From the NCBI RefSeq assembly GCF_009914755.1, contig NC_060931.1: a stretch of 64,000 nucleotides of DNA; one strand, written 5' to 3'. Position 1 is the stretch's first letter, and each line of letters begins with the position of its first letter. Source of the DNA: the human T2T-CHM13v2.0 reference genome, Homo sapiens. The position numbers and the translations under genes were made by a program. The notes beneath the pieces were generated by a model that saw only the letters and a list, made by a program, of their open reading frames with translations, searched no databases and was not told where the DNA came from. Below, piece after piece: positions 1-17,226 of the stretch.

Positions 1-241
1 AGTTATAAAGAGGAATGAGAGATAAGAATCTATTTCAGATGGTAAATTTTGGAATAGAAGTGACTAAGAGAAGGAGATTCTGGTCTACTTGTTAAGAGAA
101 GATGCAATTATGTAAGAGATCGAGCTGTGCTCAGATTTTCTACTATTCACAAGTTACTGACACTGTCATGAGTCAACCCTATTATCTTTACCAGGATATT
201 AAAGACACGGGCTCTGTTGATCACATTTACTCCTTTTATGG

Positions 242-273
<32 letters not shown>

Positions 274-2105
274 TCAGATCTAACAATTCTTTGCTTAGTC
301 CTAGGTTAAGATGCCTGTGCACTAGCCAGGCTGAATTGAAATCTGAGGGTGGGGCTCAGAAACTGACCCGGTAAATAAGAATCTGAGGTGACTTTTAGAT
401 ACACCAGAGTTTGAGGACATAGCTAAGTGGCACCAGAGAAAAATGGGGAGATGCTGACATAAACAAGGCAAGCTCAGTCCTAGGACAATCTAGAAAACTG
501 TCCTTAAATCTGGGGCTAGGCTTCAGTCAGCTAACTTCTGGCTTTCTTTTCCTTGGCTGCTCTCTGAATTCTTTTATTGTTTAGGAGAAAAAGTTGGGCT
601 GAAACAGAAAGGCCTCAAGCCCCAAATTGTTCAAACGTTTGCCAAATGAAATGCTATCTCACAAGCAGAAAAGTTACCAAAGGAGAGTGCCAGGAAACAT
701 TAAAACCCTTTCTACATTGCCATGGCCCCAAAGGGCTCTTTTCAAGCATGTAGCTCTCAAGCTAGAACCAAGGAGAGAGGGACACCTCCAGCCTCCCTTT
801 CTCTAGTGGGGCATGAGTATATACACCTTCCTCCCTGAAAAGGTGCAGGAGAAACAATGTGGGACTTAAAGAGACTAATAAGGTAGGAAAAAATGTGGAA
901 TTTTGGTTATTCCAGTTGAGATCAAGTCTGAAAATAAACAAGTGGATTCAGCTAGTATAACTAGATCTTGAGGGTCAGACTGTTGAGTGAAGTTGTTTAA
1001 ATATCATCCAAGGGTGAGATTGGTCTGTTGCTGAGGGTTGTTGTAACCCACAGGAAATCAAGTCTTCTAAAACTGAGTCAGAATCAGACACTTCTAACTG
1101 GAGTTTGAGTGCATGAATGGAAAAAAGAGCTTGATGAGAAAATCTCCCAAAACTATGATGAGAAAATGTTATTTTTTAGAAAACAAATGTGTACGTTCTT
1201 AGAAAAACCCAGTATTGGCAATACTGTCAGTTACCTTTGATTCTTATAACATTCAATCATTTAAATACTCTTCTTTTTCAGTAAGTCCTATGATTCATTT
1301 ACCCATGCTATTAAATGAAAAACGTGCAAGACCGAGCTTCAAATACAAAACAGTAAATCATATGATCATGAAAAAAGAGTATTTGCTATGTGATGGGCAT
1401 GGCTGGCTTTTAGTTCGATGCTTTGATTCCAATTCAGGGTTGTGGCAATCATAATCACAGCGATATAATTATGGCTACCTAGCCATTTAGCCTACTTAGC
1501 AGTCAGGGAAAGGGTAATCACCCAAGGCATTAAGTACTACTGAGATCATTAGCTATACTTGGCTCACATGAAATGTACCACAAACTTTTTGGAAGAGGAT
1601 GCAATAAGAAAAATACCGGCAGTCATGATGGTTAGTAATGATTATCACAATTCACAAAAAGTATTTAAATGCCACATTATGAAAAAATGAATCCTCTCCA
1701 GCATCCTATGTTAGGTCTCTAGCCAGAGAAACGCTATGGTTTAAAGTAACTATAAAGTAACTATAACAAAGTAACTATATGTTACTTATGTATTAGTTAT
1801 TTAAAGTTAAACTAACTTTAAACTATGGTTTAAAGTAACTATAAAGTAACTATATCAAAGAAGTTGTGTGGGTTTCGATTATTACCCATAATTGTTTGTC
1901 AGCTTCTTCTGACAGAATCTTTATTTCAGAATGCCTATTCCCTAGAAAAAAACACATAGGAGGAGGTGAAATTCTAATTGATTTTCACTTATAACTCAAG
2001 TCTGATTTGATTACAATAGGCACTGTAAGACAGACTTTCTAGTTGTCATGGAATTTTATTTAATCAGGAGTTGTTTGAAACAAGTGGGCTGAAAGTATGA
2101 GCTCT

Positions 2106-2129
2106 GTGTGTGTGTGTGTGTGTGTGTGT
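2106..2129. repeat. (TG)n microsatellite
   Basis: About 12 TG units seen directly. Confidence 0.95.
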
Positions 2130-2743
2130 AAATATGTGCGAGTATTTTCATAACAACTGTACTATATTCCAAATGAGACTTAACCTCTCTTTTTATCATT
2201 TTTGTTTGCCATTTTATTTGCTAACAATGTTTGCTGCTGTCTACAGTAATGAGCTAATTTGTTTCAGAACAAATAATTAAAAACACATAAAAACTGTATT
2301 GATATTCCAAGTTAAAATGCCTTCTGAATTGAGGCTAAACTTACATTGTTTCTAGTACATGAAAGTGGTGAAAACGAAACAAATCTAAAAACAGTAATTG
2401 TAAATATCTCTGAAATTCTGATATCAAAATATTTATAAGCCTATTTTTGTTAAATTATATTTGTTGGTAGCTTTTACATAATTTATTAAAATATTAATAC
2501 AATTATATTACTGACAATAGTATTGAACTAAATGTTGTAATGTATGTTATAACAATATGAAGCTTTGAGTATTGTAGGCTGGGGCTGAATACCAGCTCAG
2601 TCTAAAGCAGAGAAAGGAAGAGAGAGACTTCAATGAATCCACCTGTAATGGGTGAATCCAAGAAGAATAACCAGTGTTTAAAAGACAGGAAATACAGATG
2701 GAACACAGACTTGTTCAGTCTAAATAGTGGGAGTAGCATCTAG

Positions 2744-3258
2744 CAATAGTCCTCAACTTGAGATTCACATAGATCTGATTTAAGAGCTTTTTTTTTTAAT
2801 ACCATGGAAACTATGCAGCCATAAAAAGAATAAGATCATGTCCTTTGCAGGGACATGGATGGAGCTAGAGGCTATTATCCTTAGAAAACTAACAAGAAGA
2901 ACAGAAAACCAAATACTACATGATCTTACTTACAAGTGGGAGCTAAATGATAAGAACATGTGGACACTCAGAGGGGAACAACACACACTGGGGCCTTTCA
3001 GGGGGTGGAGGGTAGAAAGAGGAAGAGGATCAGAAAAAAAAAAACTGATGGGTACTAGGCTTAATACGTGGATGGGGAAATAATCTGTATAACAAACCCC
3101 CATGACACAGGTTTACCTATGTAACAAACCTGTACTTGTACCCCTGAACTTAAAAGTTATAAAGAAATAATAAGAATATACAGATACCTTGGGCTCCACC
3201 ACAGACAAAATAAATTGGAGTCTCTGTCATGAAGCTTTGGATTGTTATTGTTTTTTAA
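2744..3258 (+). mobile_element. MER5A1-like hAT MITE, first two fragments (interrupted by L1 at ~2800-3172; remainder at ~10390-10448)
   Basis: caatagtcctcaacttg... and aatatacagataccttgggctccaccacagac...ggagtctctg resemble the MER5A1 consensus. Confidence 0.55.
2800..3172 (+). mobile_element. L1 3' end (L1PB/old L1PA type), 5'-truncated
   Basis: ORF2 C-terminus MSFAGTWMELEAIIL, then L1 3'UTR (gtttacctatgtaacaaacctg...cccctgaacttaaaag) and A-rich tail. Confidence 0.9.
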
Positions 3259-4153
3259 GTTTATTTTGAGGTAATGGTAGATTAACTTGCAGTTGTCAGA
3301 TATAATACATAGAAATTTCATATACCCTTCACCCAGTTTCTGTCATTTGTCACATCTTGCATAACTAGAGTATAACCTGGAAATTGTCATTCATAAAATT
3401 TATATATTATATCCTTATTCACACCACTCCAATTTTACATGCAGTTGTGTGTTTGTGTGCATTTACATATGTAGATTTGTGTGACATCCACCATGGTCAA
3501 GATACAGAACAGTTCATCACAAAGATCCCTTATGTTAGCCCTTTATAGTCATAGCCACCTCCTTTCTTCCCCTGGAGACCCTTGGCAGCTACCAGTCTGT
3601 TCCGGAGCGCTCTAATCTTGCCATTTCAAGAATGCGATATAAATGGTATCATAATGTATGTAAACTTTTGAGATCAGATTTTTTCACTCAGCATAGCTTA
3701 CTGGAGATTTATCTGAGTCGTGTGTATCAATAGTTTGTTCCTTTTTATTGGTGAGTAGTAGTCCATGGTACAAATGCACCACAGTATGTTTAATTATTCC
3801 CCAATCAAAGAACATCTGGGATTTTTTGTTTTGGACTGTCACAAACAAAGCTGGGATGATCATTTGTGCACAGACTTGTGTGTGAATATGTTTCCATTTC
3901 TAATGAAATAAATTGCACAAGTGTGTAATTGCTGGTAGTTGCATGTTTAGGTTTATAAGAAACTACCAAATTGTTTTTCAGTTTGGCTGTACCATATTAC
4001 ATTCCCACCAGCAATGTACAGTTGATCAAGTTTCTCTGCATTCTTTCCAGCATTTAGTGTTGTCACTAATAATTATTTCAGCCATTTTGATAGGTGTGTA
4101 GTGATATCTCATTGTGTTTCAATTTGCATTTTCCTGATGGCTAAAGATACTGT

Positions 4154-4674
<521 letters not shown>

Positions 4675-4959
4675 GTGACAGGGTCTCACTCTGTCGCCCA
4701 AGGCTGGAGTGCAGTGGCGGGATCTTGGTTCGCTGAACCTCTACCTCCCAGGTTCAAACATTCTCTTACCTCATCCTCCTGAGTAGCTGGGATTACAAGT
4801 GTGTGCTACCACACCCGGCTAATTTTTTTGTATTTGTAGTAGATATGGGGAGACAGGGTTTTGCCATGTTTGCTAGGCTGATCTCTAACTCCTGGCTTCA
4901 AGTGCTGCCTTGGCCTCCCAAAATGCTAGGATTATAGGTGTGAGCCACCACTCCTAGCC
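4675..4959 (-). mobile_element. Alu (AluJ-like)
   Basis: Antisense Alu dimer; TSD AAGATA(C/T)TGTAT at 4144-4155 and 4960-4971. Confidence 0.92.
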
Positions 4960-5739
4960 AAGATATTGTATCTACTTTCATGTGCTTATTTGCCATTCCT
5001 TCAGAGAAATGTCTGTTCACATTTTCTAATTGTATTCTCTTCTTTTGACTGTTGAGTTCTCAGAGTTCTTTATTTATTCTAGATACAATTCCCTATTGTA
5101 TTTGTAGTTTGCAAATATTTCCTCCCAGATGATATCTTGTCTTTTCAACCTCTTGAGTCATCTATAGAATGAAATTTTTTAATTTTGATGTTCAGTTTAT
5201 TAGATTTTCCTTTTAAAGATCATGTTTTTTATCAAGTCTAATAACTCTTTGCTTATTCCTAGGTCCTAGAGTTATTCCTCTTTTTCTTCCAATGGTTTTA
5301 TGATTTTTATGATTCACTTTGATATAATGTGAGTATGCAGTGTGAAGTTGAGGTCAGGGGTCATTTTTGTGGCTTGTGGATATCCAATTGCTTCAGTGTC
5401 ATTTGTTGAAAAGGCTGTCTATCCTCCATTCACTTGCTTTTGCACCTTTGCCAAAAATATGCTCTTAAACATGTTGGACATACTTGTGTGGCTCTCTTTC
5501 TGGCCTATGCTGGTCTCACAAAATGAATTTGGAAGTGTTTCCTCCTCTTCTATTTTTTGGAAGAGTTTAAGAAGTATTGGTATTAATTATTCTTGGAATG
5601 TTTAGTAGAATTTGTCCATAAAGCTGACCTGTCCTGGGCTTTTCTTTTTTGGGAAGTTTTCGATTACTGATTTAATATCCTTATTTGTTATTGTTGTATG
5701 AAGGCTTTCTATTTATTATTGACTTCGTTTTTGTAGGTG

Positions 5740-8700
5740 TTGGTAGACACATAATAATGGTTCATATTTATGGGGCACAGTGAAATGTTACATCTATACA
5801 TTCTGTGATGATCAAATCAAGGTAATCCTTGATTTGAATATCCATCACTTCAAAGAGTTGTCATTTCTTTGTAGTGAAAGACCTAAAGTTCTCTTGCCTA
5901 GCTATTTTGAAATATACATTACTGTTAACTATAGTCACCCTACTGTACAATAGAGTACCAGAACTTCTTTTTTTTTTTTTTTTTCTAACTGTACTATTTT
6001 ACCTATTGACCAACCTGTCCCCATTGCCTCCTTCTTTTTCCCATCAACAGCCTCTGGTAACCACTATTCTCTCTCTACTGCTGTGATACCAACATTTTTT
6101 GGATTCCACATATGAGTGAAATCATCCTTCTGTGCTTGGCTTGGGTTTACTTAACATAAAGTGCTCTAGGTTCATCCATGTTGTTGCAAATGACAGGATT
6201 TTATTACTTTATGTGGCTGAATGTATATATATTCATTGCATATATATGTGCTGTATATGTAAGGTATTGCATTGTATATATATATCACACTTTTTAATTC
6301 ATTCATCTATTAATGGGCATTTAGATTGATTTTATATCTTGGCTAACAGTGAAGAGTTCTGCAGTAAACATGAGAGTGCGGCTATATCTTTGACATACTG
6401 ATCTTATTTCTTTAGATGTATCCCCAGTAGTGGGATTGTTGGATCATGTGGTAGTTCTATTTTTAATTTTTGAGGAAACTCCATACTATTGTCCATAATG
6501 GATGTAATAATTTACATGGTGGTCAGCAGTGTATAAAAGTTGCCTTTGTCCACATCCTCACCAGCAATTGTTATTTTTTGTCTTATTGATAATAGCCATT
6601 CTAACTGGGGTGACATATCTTACTGTGGTTGTGATTTGCATATTTCTGATTAGTGATGTGAAGCATTTTCAAATATACCTGTTGGCTATTCGTATGTTAT
6701 ATTTTTGATAAATGTTTATTCAGATTGTCTGCCCATTCTTTAATTGGATTATTCTTTTGCTATTGAGTTGTTTGTTTCTGATATATTCTGGTTAGTAGCC
6801 ATCTGTCAGATGCATAGTTTGTGAATATTTTCTCCCATTCTATAGGTTGTTTCTTTACTTAGTTATTTTTATTGTCCAGAAACTATTTGGTTTGATGTAA
6901 ATACCATTTGACTATTTTTACTTCTGTTGCCTATAATTTTGAGGTCTTATTAAAAAGAAAAAAAACCCTTGCTCACACCAATATCATGAAGCATTTCCCC
7001 TGTTTTCTTCCAGTCTGTTTCCTTCATAGATTCAGGTCTACATGTAATCTTTATCTTGAGTCAATTTTTGTAAGTAGAGAGAGAGAGGTGTCTAGTTTCA
7101 TTCTTAGCATGTGGACATTCAGTTTTCCCGTCACCATTTATGAAAGAGACTGCCCTTTCCCCATTGTATGTTCTTGGTGCCTTTGTTGAAAGTTAGTTGG
7201 TTATAAATGAGTGAATTTATTTCCAGTTTCCCTTCTCTGTTCCACTGGTCTGTATGTCTGTCTTTATGACAATACCTTGCTGCTTGGTTTACTACTGCTT
7301 TGTAGTATACTTTTAAGTCAAGTAGTGAATGTAATGCCTCTAGCTTTGTTCTTTTTTGATCAAGACTGTTTTGACTATCTCGGTCTTTAGTGGTTCCATA
7401 AAAATTTGTGGATTGTTTTTTTCTATTTCTGTGAAGAATGTCACTGGTATTTTGATAGAGGTTGCATTGAATCATAGACTACTTTGGTTAGTATGGACAT
7501 GTTATGAATATTAATTCTTCCAATAGATAAATAAAGGATATCTTCTCACTTATTAGTGTTCTCAATTTCTTTTATCAATGTTTCAAAGTTTTTAGTGTGG
7601 AGATCATTTACCTCCTTGGTTAAATTTGCTCCTAGGCATTTTTTTGTAGGCATTATAAATGGAATTTCTTGCTTGATTTCATTTTCAGAGTTTGCTGTTG
7701 GCATATAGAAATGCCATAAATGTTCATATGTTGATTTAGAATGCTACAACTTGACTGGACTTACTAGTTCTAACATTTTTTGGTGGATCTGTAGGGTTTT
7801 CTAGATATAATATCACATTATCTGCAAACATAAAATTTGACTTTCCCCTTTCCTATTTGGATGTCCTTTTATTGCTTTCTCTGGTGTAACTGCTCTAGCT
7901 AGGTCTTCCAGTACTATAGTGAATAGAAGTGGTCAAAGTGGGCATCTTGTCTAGTTCCAGATTTTAGAGAAAAAGCTTTCAACTTTTCCCCATTCAATAT
8001 AATGTTAGATATGGGTTTGTCATGTATGGCCTTTATTGTGTAGAGGTATGTTCCTTCTACAACTAACTTGTTTAGAGTTTTTATCACAAAGGGACATAGA
8101 AGTTTATGGAATGTTTTTACTGTGTCTATTGATATAACCATCTGGCTTTATGGAATGTTTTTACTGTGTCTATTGATATAATCATCTGGCTTTGTCCTTC
8201 ATTATGTTAATGCGATATATCATGTTTATGAATTTTGTTTATTGAACCATTCTTGAACCTCATGGTGAATAATCTTTCTGATATGCTGTTGGATTCAAGT
8301 TGCTAGTATTTCATTGAGGATTTTTGCATCTATGTTCATTAGGGATATTGGCCTATAGTTTTCATTTTTTGTTGTGTCCTTGTCTGGTTTTAGTATTGGA
8401 GTAGTGCTGGCCTCATAGAAAGAGTTTGGAAGAATTCACTTATTCACTTCAATTCATTTTCTTTTCTTTGCTTTTTTTTTTGGAATAGCTTGAGAAGAAT
8501 TGACATTAGTTCTTTAAATATTTTTAGAATTTTGCAATTCTAAAATTCTGGGCTTTTCTTTGATGGGAGACTTTTTATTACTTATTCTTTTTACTTATTA
8601 TTGGTCTGTTTGGGTGGGTGTTCTATTTTTTCCTCATTCAATCATAGCAGGTTGTATGTGTTCAGGAATTTACCAATTTCTTTTAAGTTGCCTAATTTTT

Positions 8701-10390
8701 TGGCAGACAAGTGTTCATATTAGTCTCTAGTGATCCTGTGTGTTTTGGTAGTTACAGTTGTAATGTGTTCTTTTTCATCTGAATTTATTTGAGTCATCTC
8801 TTTATTTCTTAAAGGTTTGTCAATTTTGTTTATGTTTTTAAAAACCTAAGTCTTCATTTTGTTGCTCTTTTGTAACATTGCAGTCTCTATTTTCTTTATT
8901 TCTGCTATAATCTATTATTACTAATTTTCTTCTACTAATTTTGGGCATTTGTCTAATGTCTTGAGGTGTAACATTAGGTAGTTTATTTGAGATATTTCTC
9001 ATTTGTTGATGCTATAAACTTTCCCATTAGCACTGCTTTTGCTGTATCTCATAGGTTTGAGTATGCTGTGTTTCTATTTTCATTTGTCTCAATACATTTT
9101 TATATTTTCTTTTAAATGCCATCATTGATCCTTTGCATTTTCTGGAGTATATCATTTAATTCCATATATTTTAGTTTCCAAAGTACCCCCTCTAGTTTAA
9201 TTCCATTATGTTCAGAAAACATATTTGATATCTTTATCTTTTTTAATTTGGTAAGTCTTGATTTGTAGCCTAATGTACAATCTATTCTGCAGAATGTTCC
9301 ATGGGTAGTTAAGAAGAATATGTATTCTGAAGCTGTTGGATAGAAGGTCCTGTGAATAACTTTTAGGTCCCTTTATTCTAGAGTGAAGTTTTACCCTGAT
9401 GTTTCATTCGTGATTTTTTTGTCTAGATGATCTGTTCATTGCTGAAGTTGTGGTGTTGAAGTCCTCATCTGTTACTGTATTGTAGTCTATCTCTTCCTTT
9501 AATACTATTAATATTTGCTTTATAGATTTAGGTGCTCCGATTTTGGGTACACATATATTCATAATGGTTATATCCTTTTGCTCTATTGATCCTTTTATTA
9601 TGTAATGGCCTTCATTATCCCTTTTGACAGTTTTTGCTTAAAGTCTATCTTATCTGATAGGAGTACAGCTACTCCTGCTCTTTTTTTTTGGTTTGCATTT
9701 GTATGGAATAATTTTTCCATCCCTTCACTTTTAGTATACATATGTTTTCATATGAAATGAGTTTCTTATAGTCAGCATCTAGTTGGGACATTTCTAAATT
9801 CATTTTGCCACTCTCTGTCTTTTAATTAGATAATTCAATCCTTTTACATTCAAGGTTATTGTTGATAGGTGAGGTTTTACTGATGCGATTTTGTTACCTG
9901 TCTTCTAGTCACTTTGTAGATCCTTTTTTCCTCTCATATAGTCTTCCTTTGTGATTAAGTGATTTCCTCTAGTAGTATGTTTTGATTCTTTGCTTTTTAT
10001 GTTTAGTGTGTTACAGATTTTTGTCTTGTGGATACCACAAGGCTCACAAAAACATTCTATAATTATAGTAAGTTATTTTAGACTGGAAAAACTTGTGTGA
10101 TGCAAAGAAAGAAAGACAACTGAGAAGACTACACTTTAACTCCACTCTCCCCTACATTTTGATTTTTCAGTGTCACAATTTATACTTCTTATATTGCTTA
10201 TCTCCAACAAATTATAGTAATTGTATTTAATAGTTTTGTTTTCCATTCTTCATACCAGAGAGAACCATTTACCTGGAGTGCAAAGCTCCCAGAAAGGCAC
10301 TTTTGTCTTTGGATGGTTAGCAAATCATTGGTTCTGTAGGGGGATGAGGGTTAGAGACCTCCTATCTAATAGCTTGCTGACATTACAACC
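5740..10390 (-). mobile_element. Degenerate L1M (L1MA/MB-like) 3'UTR and ORF2, plus more 5' L1M sequence
   Basis: Minus-strand ORF2 remnants: [13 protein letters not shown]...[17 protein letters not shown] (7914-8141) and LKVYYKAVVNQAARYCHKDRHTDQWNR (7131-7475). Confidence 0.9.
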
Positions 10391-10969
10391 AGCATTGGTA
10401 TTTTTTTAAAAGCTCCCTAATTGTCATAATGTGTAGCCATGGCTGACCTAGAGATTCATTTTTGTGAGTGACAGAATACATATCATCAGTAGAGTTTCTC
10501 CAAGATTATATTAGTTAAGTCATTTATAGAAAGACATAAACATGGGGTGTAGGAGTAGAAGAGCAAGGTCTAGTTTCCTGAAAGATTGAAATTCGTAGAT
10601 GAAAAATGTGGTTAGGGGACCAGTCAAACCAGTCAGTGCTCAGAACTTCCTAGGTCCTAAAAGAGAATGAAACATATATACACATATAAAAAATAATGCA
10701 TATTGTTTTGCAGGGTATTCTTTTCAATCAACAATATAACATGGGACCCTTCTCATTTTGGTAAAAAAAGTCTACCTAATTCTATTTAGAATGTAGAAAA
10801 TATTACGTGGCATAGGTAACAAAAATATAATTATTAGCTCTGTTGTTTCTGGATGTTTATAATACCTTTATATTTATTATAATAATATATTACTATGTGT
10901 ATGTTGGTATTTGTATTTATGTGAAACAAATTTAAGTGGCTTATGCAAGTTCCAGTGCCCACCAGAGGT

Positions 10970-12420
<1,451 letters not shown>

Positions 12421-12494
12421 TTAGATTAATTGTTTCATATGAATAGGCCTCTCTAAGCGTTCAGGCTTATAAGATTACTATGGGGCATACTTAG

Positions 12495-13168
12495 TGTTTT
12501 AGTCCATTTTCACACTGATATAAATAACTGCCACAGACTGGGTAATTTATAACCAAAAGAGGGTTAATTGACTCACAGTTCAGCATGGCTGGGGAGGCCT
12601 CAGAAAACTTACAATCATGGCAGAAGGTAAAAAAGAAACAAGGCACTTTCTTCACAAAGCGGCACAAAGAAGAGAATGCAGGAGGAACAAGCACACACTT
12701 ATAAAACCATGAGATCTCGACCAGGCGCAGTGGCTCACGCCTGTAATCCCAGCACTTTGGAAGGCCGAGGTGGGTGGATCACTAGGTCAGGAGTTCAAGA
12801 CCAGCCTGGCCAACATGGTGAAACCCCATCTCTACTAAAAGTACAAAAATTAGCCGGGCATGGTGACGTGCGCCTGTAGTCCCAGCTACTCAGGAGGCTG
12901 AGGCAGGAGAATTACTTGAACCCAGGAGGCAGATGTTGCAGTGAGCTGAGATCAGCGCCACTGCACTCCAGCCTGGGCAACAGAGTGAGACTTCATCTCA
13001 AAAAGAGAAAACAAACAAACAAACAAAAAAATCGAGCTTGTTAGAACTCACCGTCATGGGAACAACATGATTGAATTACCTCCACCTGGTCTTTCCTTGA
13101 CATGTGGGGATTATGGGGATTACAATTCAAGATGAGATTTTGGGTGGGGACACAGCCTAAACATATCA
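12495..13168 (+). mobile_element. THE1C/D-like MaLR solo LTR, interrupted by Alu
   Basis: TG...CA termini, 5-bp TSD CTTAG on both sides, THE1 motifs (ggctggggaggcctca, gggtggggacacagcc). Confidence 0.9.
12719..13031 (+). mobile_element. Alu (AluS) inserted in THE1 LTR
   Basis: Full dimer with A/AAAC tail. Confidence 0.95.
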
Positions 13169-13875
13169 CTTAGTATCATATTCCTTACAAGGATCTAAGA
13201 TAGGAAACCCAGTTTGTCAGGATCAGAGTCAGATGTTTTCCTTCAAGGAGAGTTACAATATGCAGATGGCTTCTCACTATCTATCATTCTATCAATCTAG
13301 AGGCATTTCATCAATGAGAGCTATTTTTACAATGAGCAGATTGGCTTGAAAACACTGCTGATGTTTTACCTTTATTGTGTTTCCAATAAAAGAGAGCTAT
13401 AGATTTAACTGAACGCAAGGTGCACTCCTCCTGCAGAAGTGAATGGGTTTTGTTAAACTTTTACTCACAATGCTAAATTTTGGTAAATCCTGTCAAATTG
13501 TTCTCCAAAAAGTTTAAATCAGTTTATACTCAAGAGTAAATGAGAGTGTTACTTTCCTCGCAACTTTTCTGACACTGTATATTTTAAATATTTTTTTAAG
13601 TTTGACACGACAATGCATTGATATTTTTACTTGCATTACCTTTATCATGGGTAATTTTGAAAATACCTGTGTTAATTTAATATTTGTCAGTAAGTTAACT
13701 TGCTCATATGACATTTTTCTATTGGATTGTCTTTTTCTCACTGATTTAGAGCAGTTTTTATATATTAGGAAGATCATATTTTTGTCTGTTACATGTAATA
13801 TATATATTTCCTCATGCTTTCACGTGTGTTGCCTTTTTTTATAATACATGTGTTCAAGATGAAGGTAAAGATAGT

Positions 13876-14235
13876 TGTATTAGTCCCTTTTCATGCTGCT
13901 GATAAAGACATACCCAAGACTGGGTAAGTTGTAAAGAAAAAGAGGTTTAATAGACTCTCAGTTCCATGTGGCTGGGGAGGCCTCACAATCATGGCAGAAG
14001 GCAAAAGCCATGACTTACATGACAGCAGGCAAGAGAGAGAATGAGAACCAAGCTAAAGGGGTTTCTCCTTATAAAACCATCAGATCTTGTGAGGCTTACT
14101 ACTACAAGAACAGTATGATAGAAGCCGCCCCCATAGTTCATTGATCTCCCACCAGGTCCCTCCCACAACACGTGGGAATTATGGGAGCTACAATTCAAGA
14201 TGAGATTTGGGTGGGGACACAGCCAAACCATATCA
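13876..14235 (+). mobile_element. THE1B-like MaLR solo LTR
   Basis: tgtattagtc...ccaaaccatatca termini; TSD ATA(G/A)T. Confidence 0.92.
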
Positions 14236-15069
14236 ATAATTATTTGGTCAAATATGCCACTTTTTCCTCATGACTTCTGGAATTTGTATTAAGATTGTAA
14301 TGTGTTTTCTCATCCAAGTTTCTAAATATATTTACCACATTTTCTATCAGAATGTTTATGTTTTATGTAGAGACTGTTGATTCTGTCTCAGTGATCCCTT
14401 TGAGGGGTCTCAATGTATACTTTGTCATTGAAAGTTGACGAGGGCACTGCCCTACTTCTCTTCCTGCCACCAAGCTCACCTTGGGAGTCCCCTAAGGCAT
14501 GTTCTCCACTTAATTTAGAGCTTGCTAGCTTGTGCCTGAGAGCTGTATCCCATCACAGAAGTTCCACAGCACTTTAATTAATTACTTTGTCAATTGCCCC
14601 AGGGACTGCTCTGCCTCCCAAGCCAGATTTTTTTCTGATCCTGCGGAGTTTTCTGGTGTTCTATTTGGAAAACTCTTTTTTCAGAAGTCCCTATTGAGTT
14701 GTCAGTTGCTTACCTCTGTGGGGTTTCTTTTCTAATTAAATCCCATCTGCTTAATATCTTTAAAAAATTCTTTAATAATCCTTGCCCTCTGAAGGCATCT
14801 TTCCTGTCTTTCTATGATTGCTACTCTGTCATTTCAATGGGCATTAGGGAGAAAGTAAATGAAAGCTTAGGTAGTCAGTCAACAAACCTAAAAATGCATG
14901 ATAGACTTTTTTAAGTCATATTACGTGTGTTATAAAGCCTAAAATGAGGGAATAATTCCTAATTAGATGGCATTAAAAAAGGAATTTAATACAGAAGATT
15001 TTGATTAGATAAACAAAAATCTTTTGTCACACATTCAAAATGTAGTTTTACATTTTAAAATAAACAATT

Positions 15070-15308
<239 letters not shown>

Positions 15309-15470
15309 TGCTATTAATTGGATCAAATATATAATTCAGTTAATACTAGTTTTGAGGGAAAAGGTTCAAACCTTAACATAATTATCTAATCTAGGTAAAA
15401 AGAAGCTTACATTATTTATGATAATCTTTAAAAAATGCTAGAATGTGATATTATTAAATAAAATTATTAA

Positions 15471-15810
<340 letters not shown>

Positions 15811-17226
15811 TGAAAGCAAAATTTAATAGGGTTTGAAATAATAATTTGAAACCCACCTTGAGATAAAATTCAGTTCTGAACTATAAGCATAGGACTTATG
15901 ACTGCAGTGATGCTAGCTGACATCATGGTGGTACAGGTAACTGGCAGGAAGCAAAAGAAGCACATTTTATAGAAGGTACAGTAGGGTCACAGTGCCCTGG
16001 ATAACTTTATTGGATGCCAATAACATAGCAGCTATGAGATGCTCATGAGTCGTTTGGGGAGAAGTGGAAGATATTACACTTCTTCACAACATTAGTAGGT
16101 GCATCAACAGTGGCAGTAGTAAAATGGTCAGAACAAGTGACAGAAAATATCAAAAGCCTCTATTCAGACAATTTTATCATGACTACATGAGCCATCTTCT
16201 GACCCTGATAAAAGAGTTGGTAAGATCTGAATTTAAGATCTGAATTTTTGGGCAACAGTTTAAATGCTCATTTGACTTCCTTGAGGCTATGTCACTTAGT
16301 GTATATATTAGTCTGGAATTCTAGCCCTATCAAAACTAGAAATATTCATTGACAGATGATATTTAAGTCATAGGATAGAATGTGCTCACCCAAAGTGAGC
16401 ATGAAGTTGGACAAAAAATACCTAGAAATACCATATTTAAAGTAATGCTTGTTAAATATGAAATTAAAACTGCAGATCACAAGTCATATTAATAAGTTAT
16501 CTATAAAAATTTACAGAAATTATACCATGAAGTTATAATTTATTAAAACAATATGGTTTGGACTTTGAGTACTTAATTTTAAAAAATATTTTGCAGCACA
16601 GCCTAAATTGTATGAAATCAGATATTCCCACATCAGTTCTTGAGCTCTTCTGTTCCTGGGGGAAGGCTGTTTGCACCAATATTGAATGGAATTAATTTAA
16701 TAAATATCACATTCTCAGGAGGAATAAGATGTGCTTGTTTTTTTTTTTTTTTGGAAGAATATGACATTAGAAACACCCTACACTGAAAGATTTATAGCCT
16801 AAATGGAGAGAATAATACATACAGGACTAACCATAAAAACAAAAGAGATGTAGCAAGTGCAAGTAAAAAGTATAAAAAAGAAAAATTGAACCTTACTCTC
16901 AGAACTTTTAAAAGCTTTACCACTTAGCTGGCATTTTAGCTACTTCCTTAAAGAGGAATAAGCATTCAGCAAATTGATGGAGATAATAGGTAAGGGAAAA
17001 TGAATGAAGACCTAGGGTCTAAGAGACATCCTCATGAGAGGGCATGCCTGGAAGTATTGGAGAATGGGTGTTAGTTAAGTGTATTTGGGAGTCAGTTGTG
17101 GCTGAGGGGCTGGTTATAAGTGACATTAGAGAGTGGGTGTGTTTTAGCCTCACCTTGATTGCACTTTAAGGAATTAAAACGATTTCAGGTAGAGGAAATG
17201 CTTGACAAATTATTTGTTATATAGAT

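Noticed and set aside
7131-8141. ORFs with L1 ORF2 similarity
   Set aside because: Short frame-broken remnants of a dead L1, not a CDS
12495-14235. Two co-oriented THE1 LTRs as one provirus
   Set aside because: Each has its own 5-bp TSD, they differ in subfamily, and the spacer is not THE1-internal sequence
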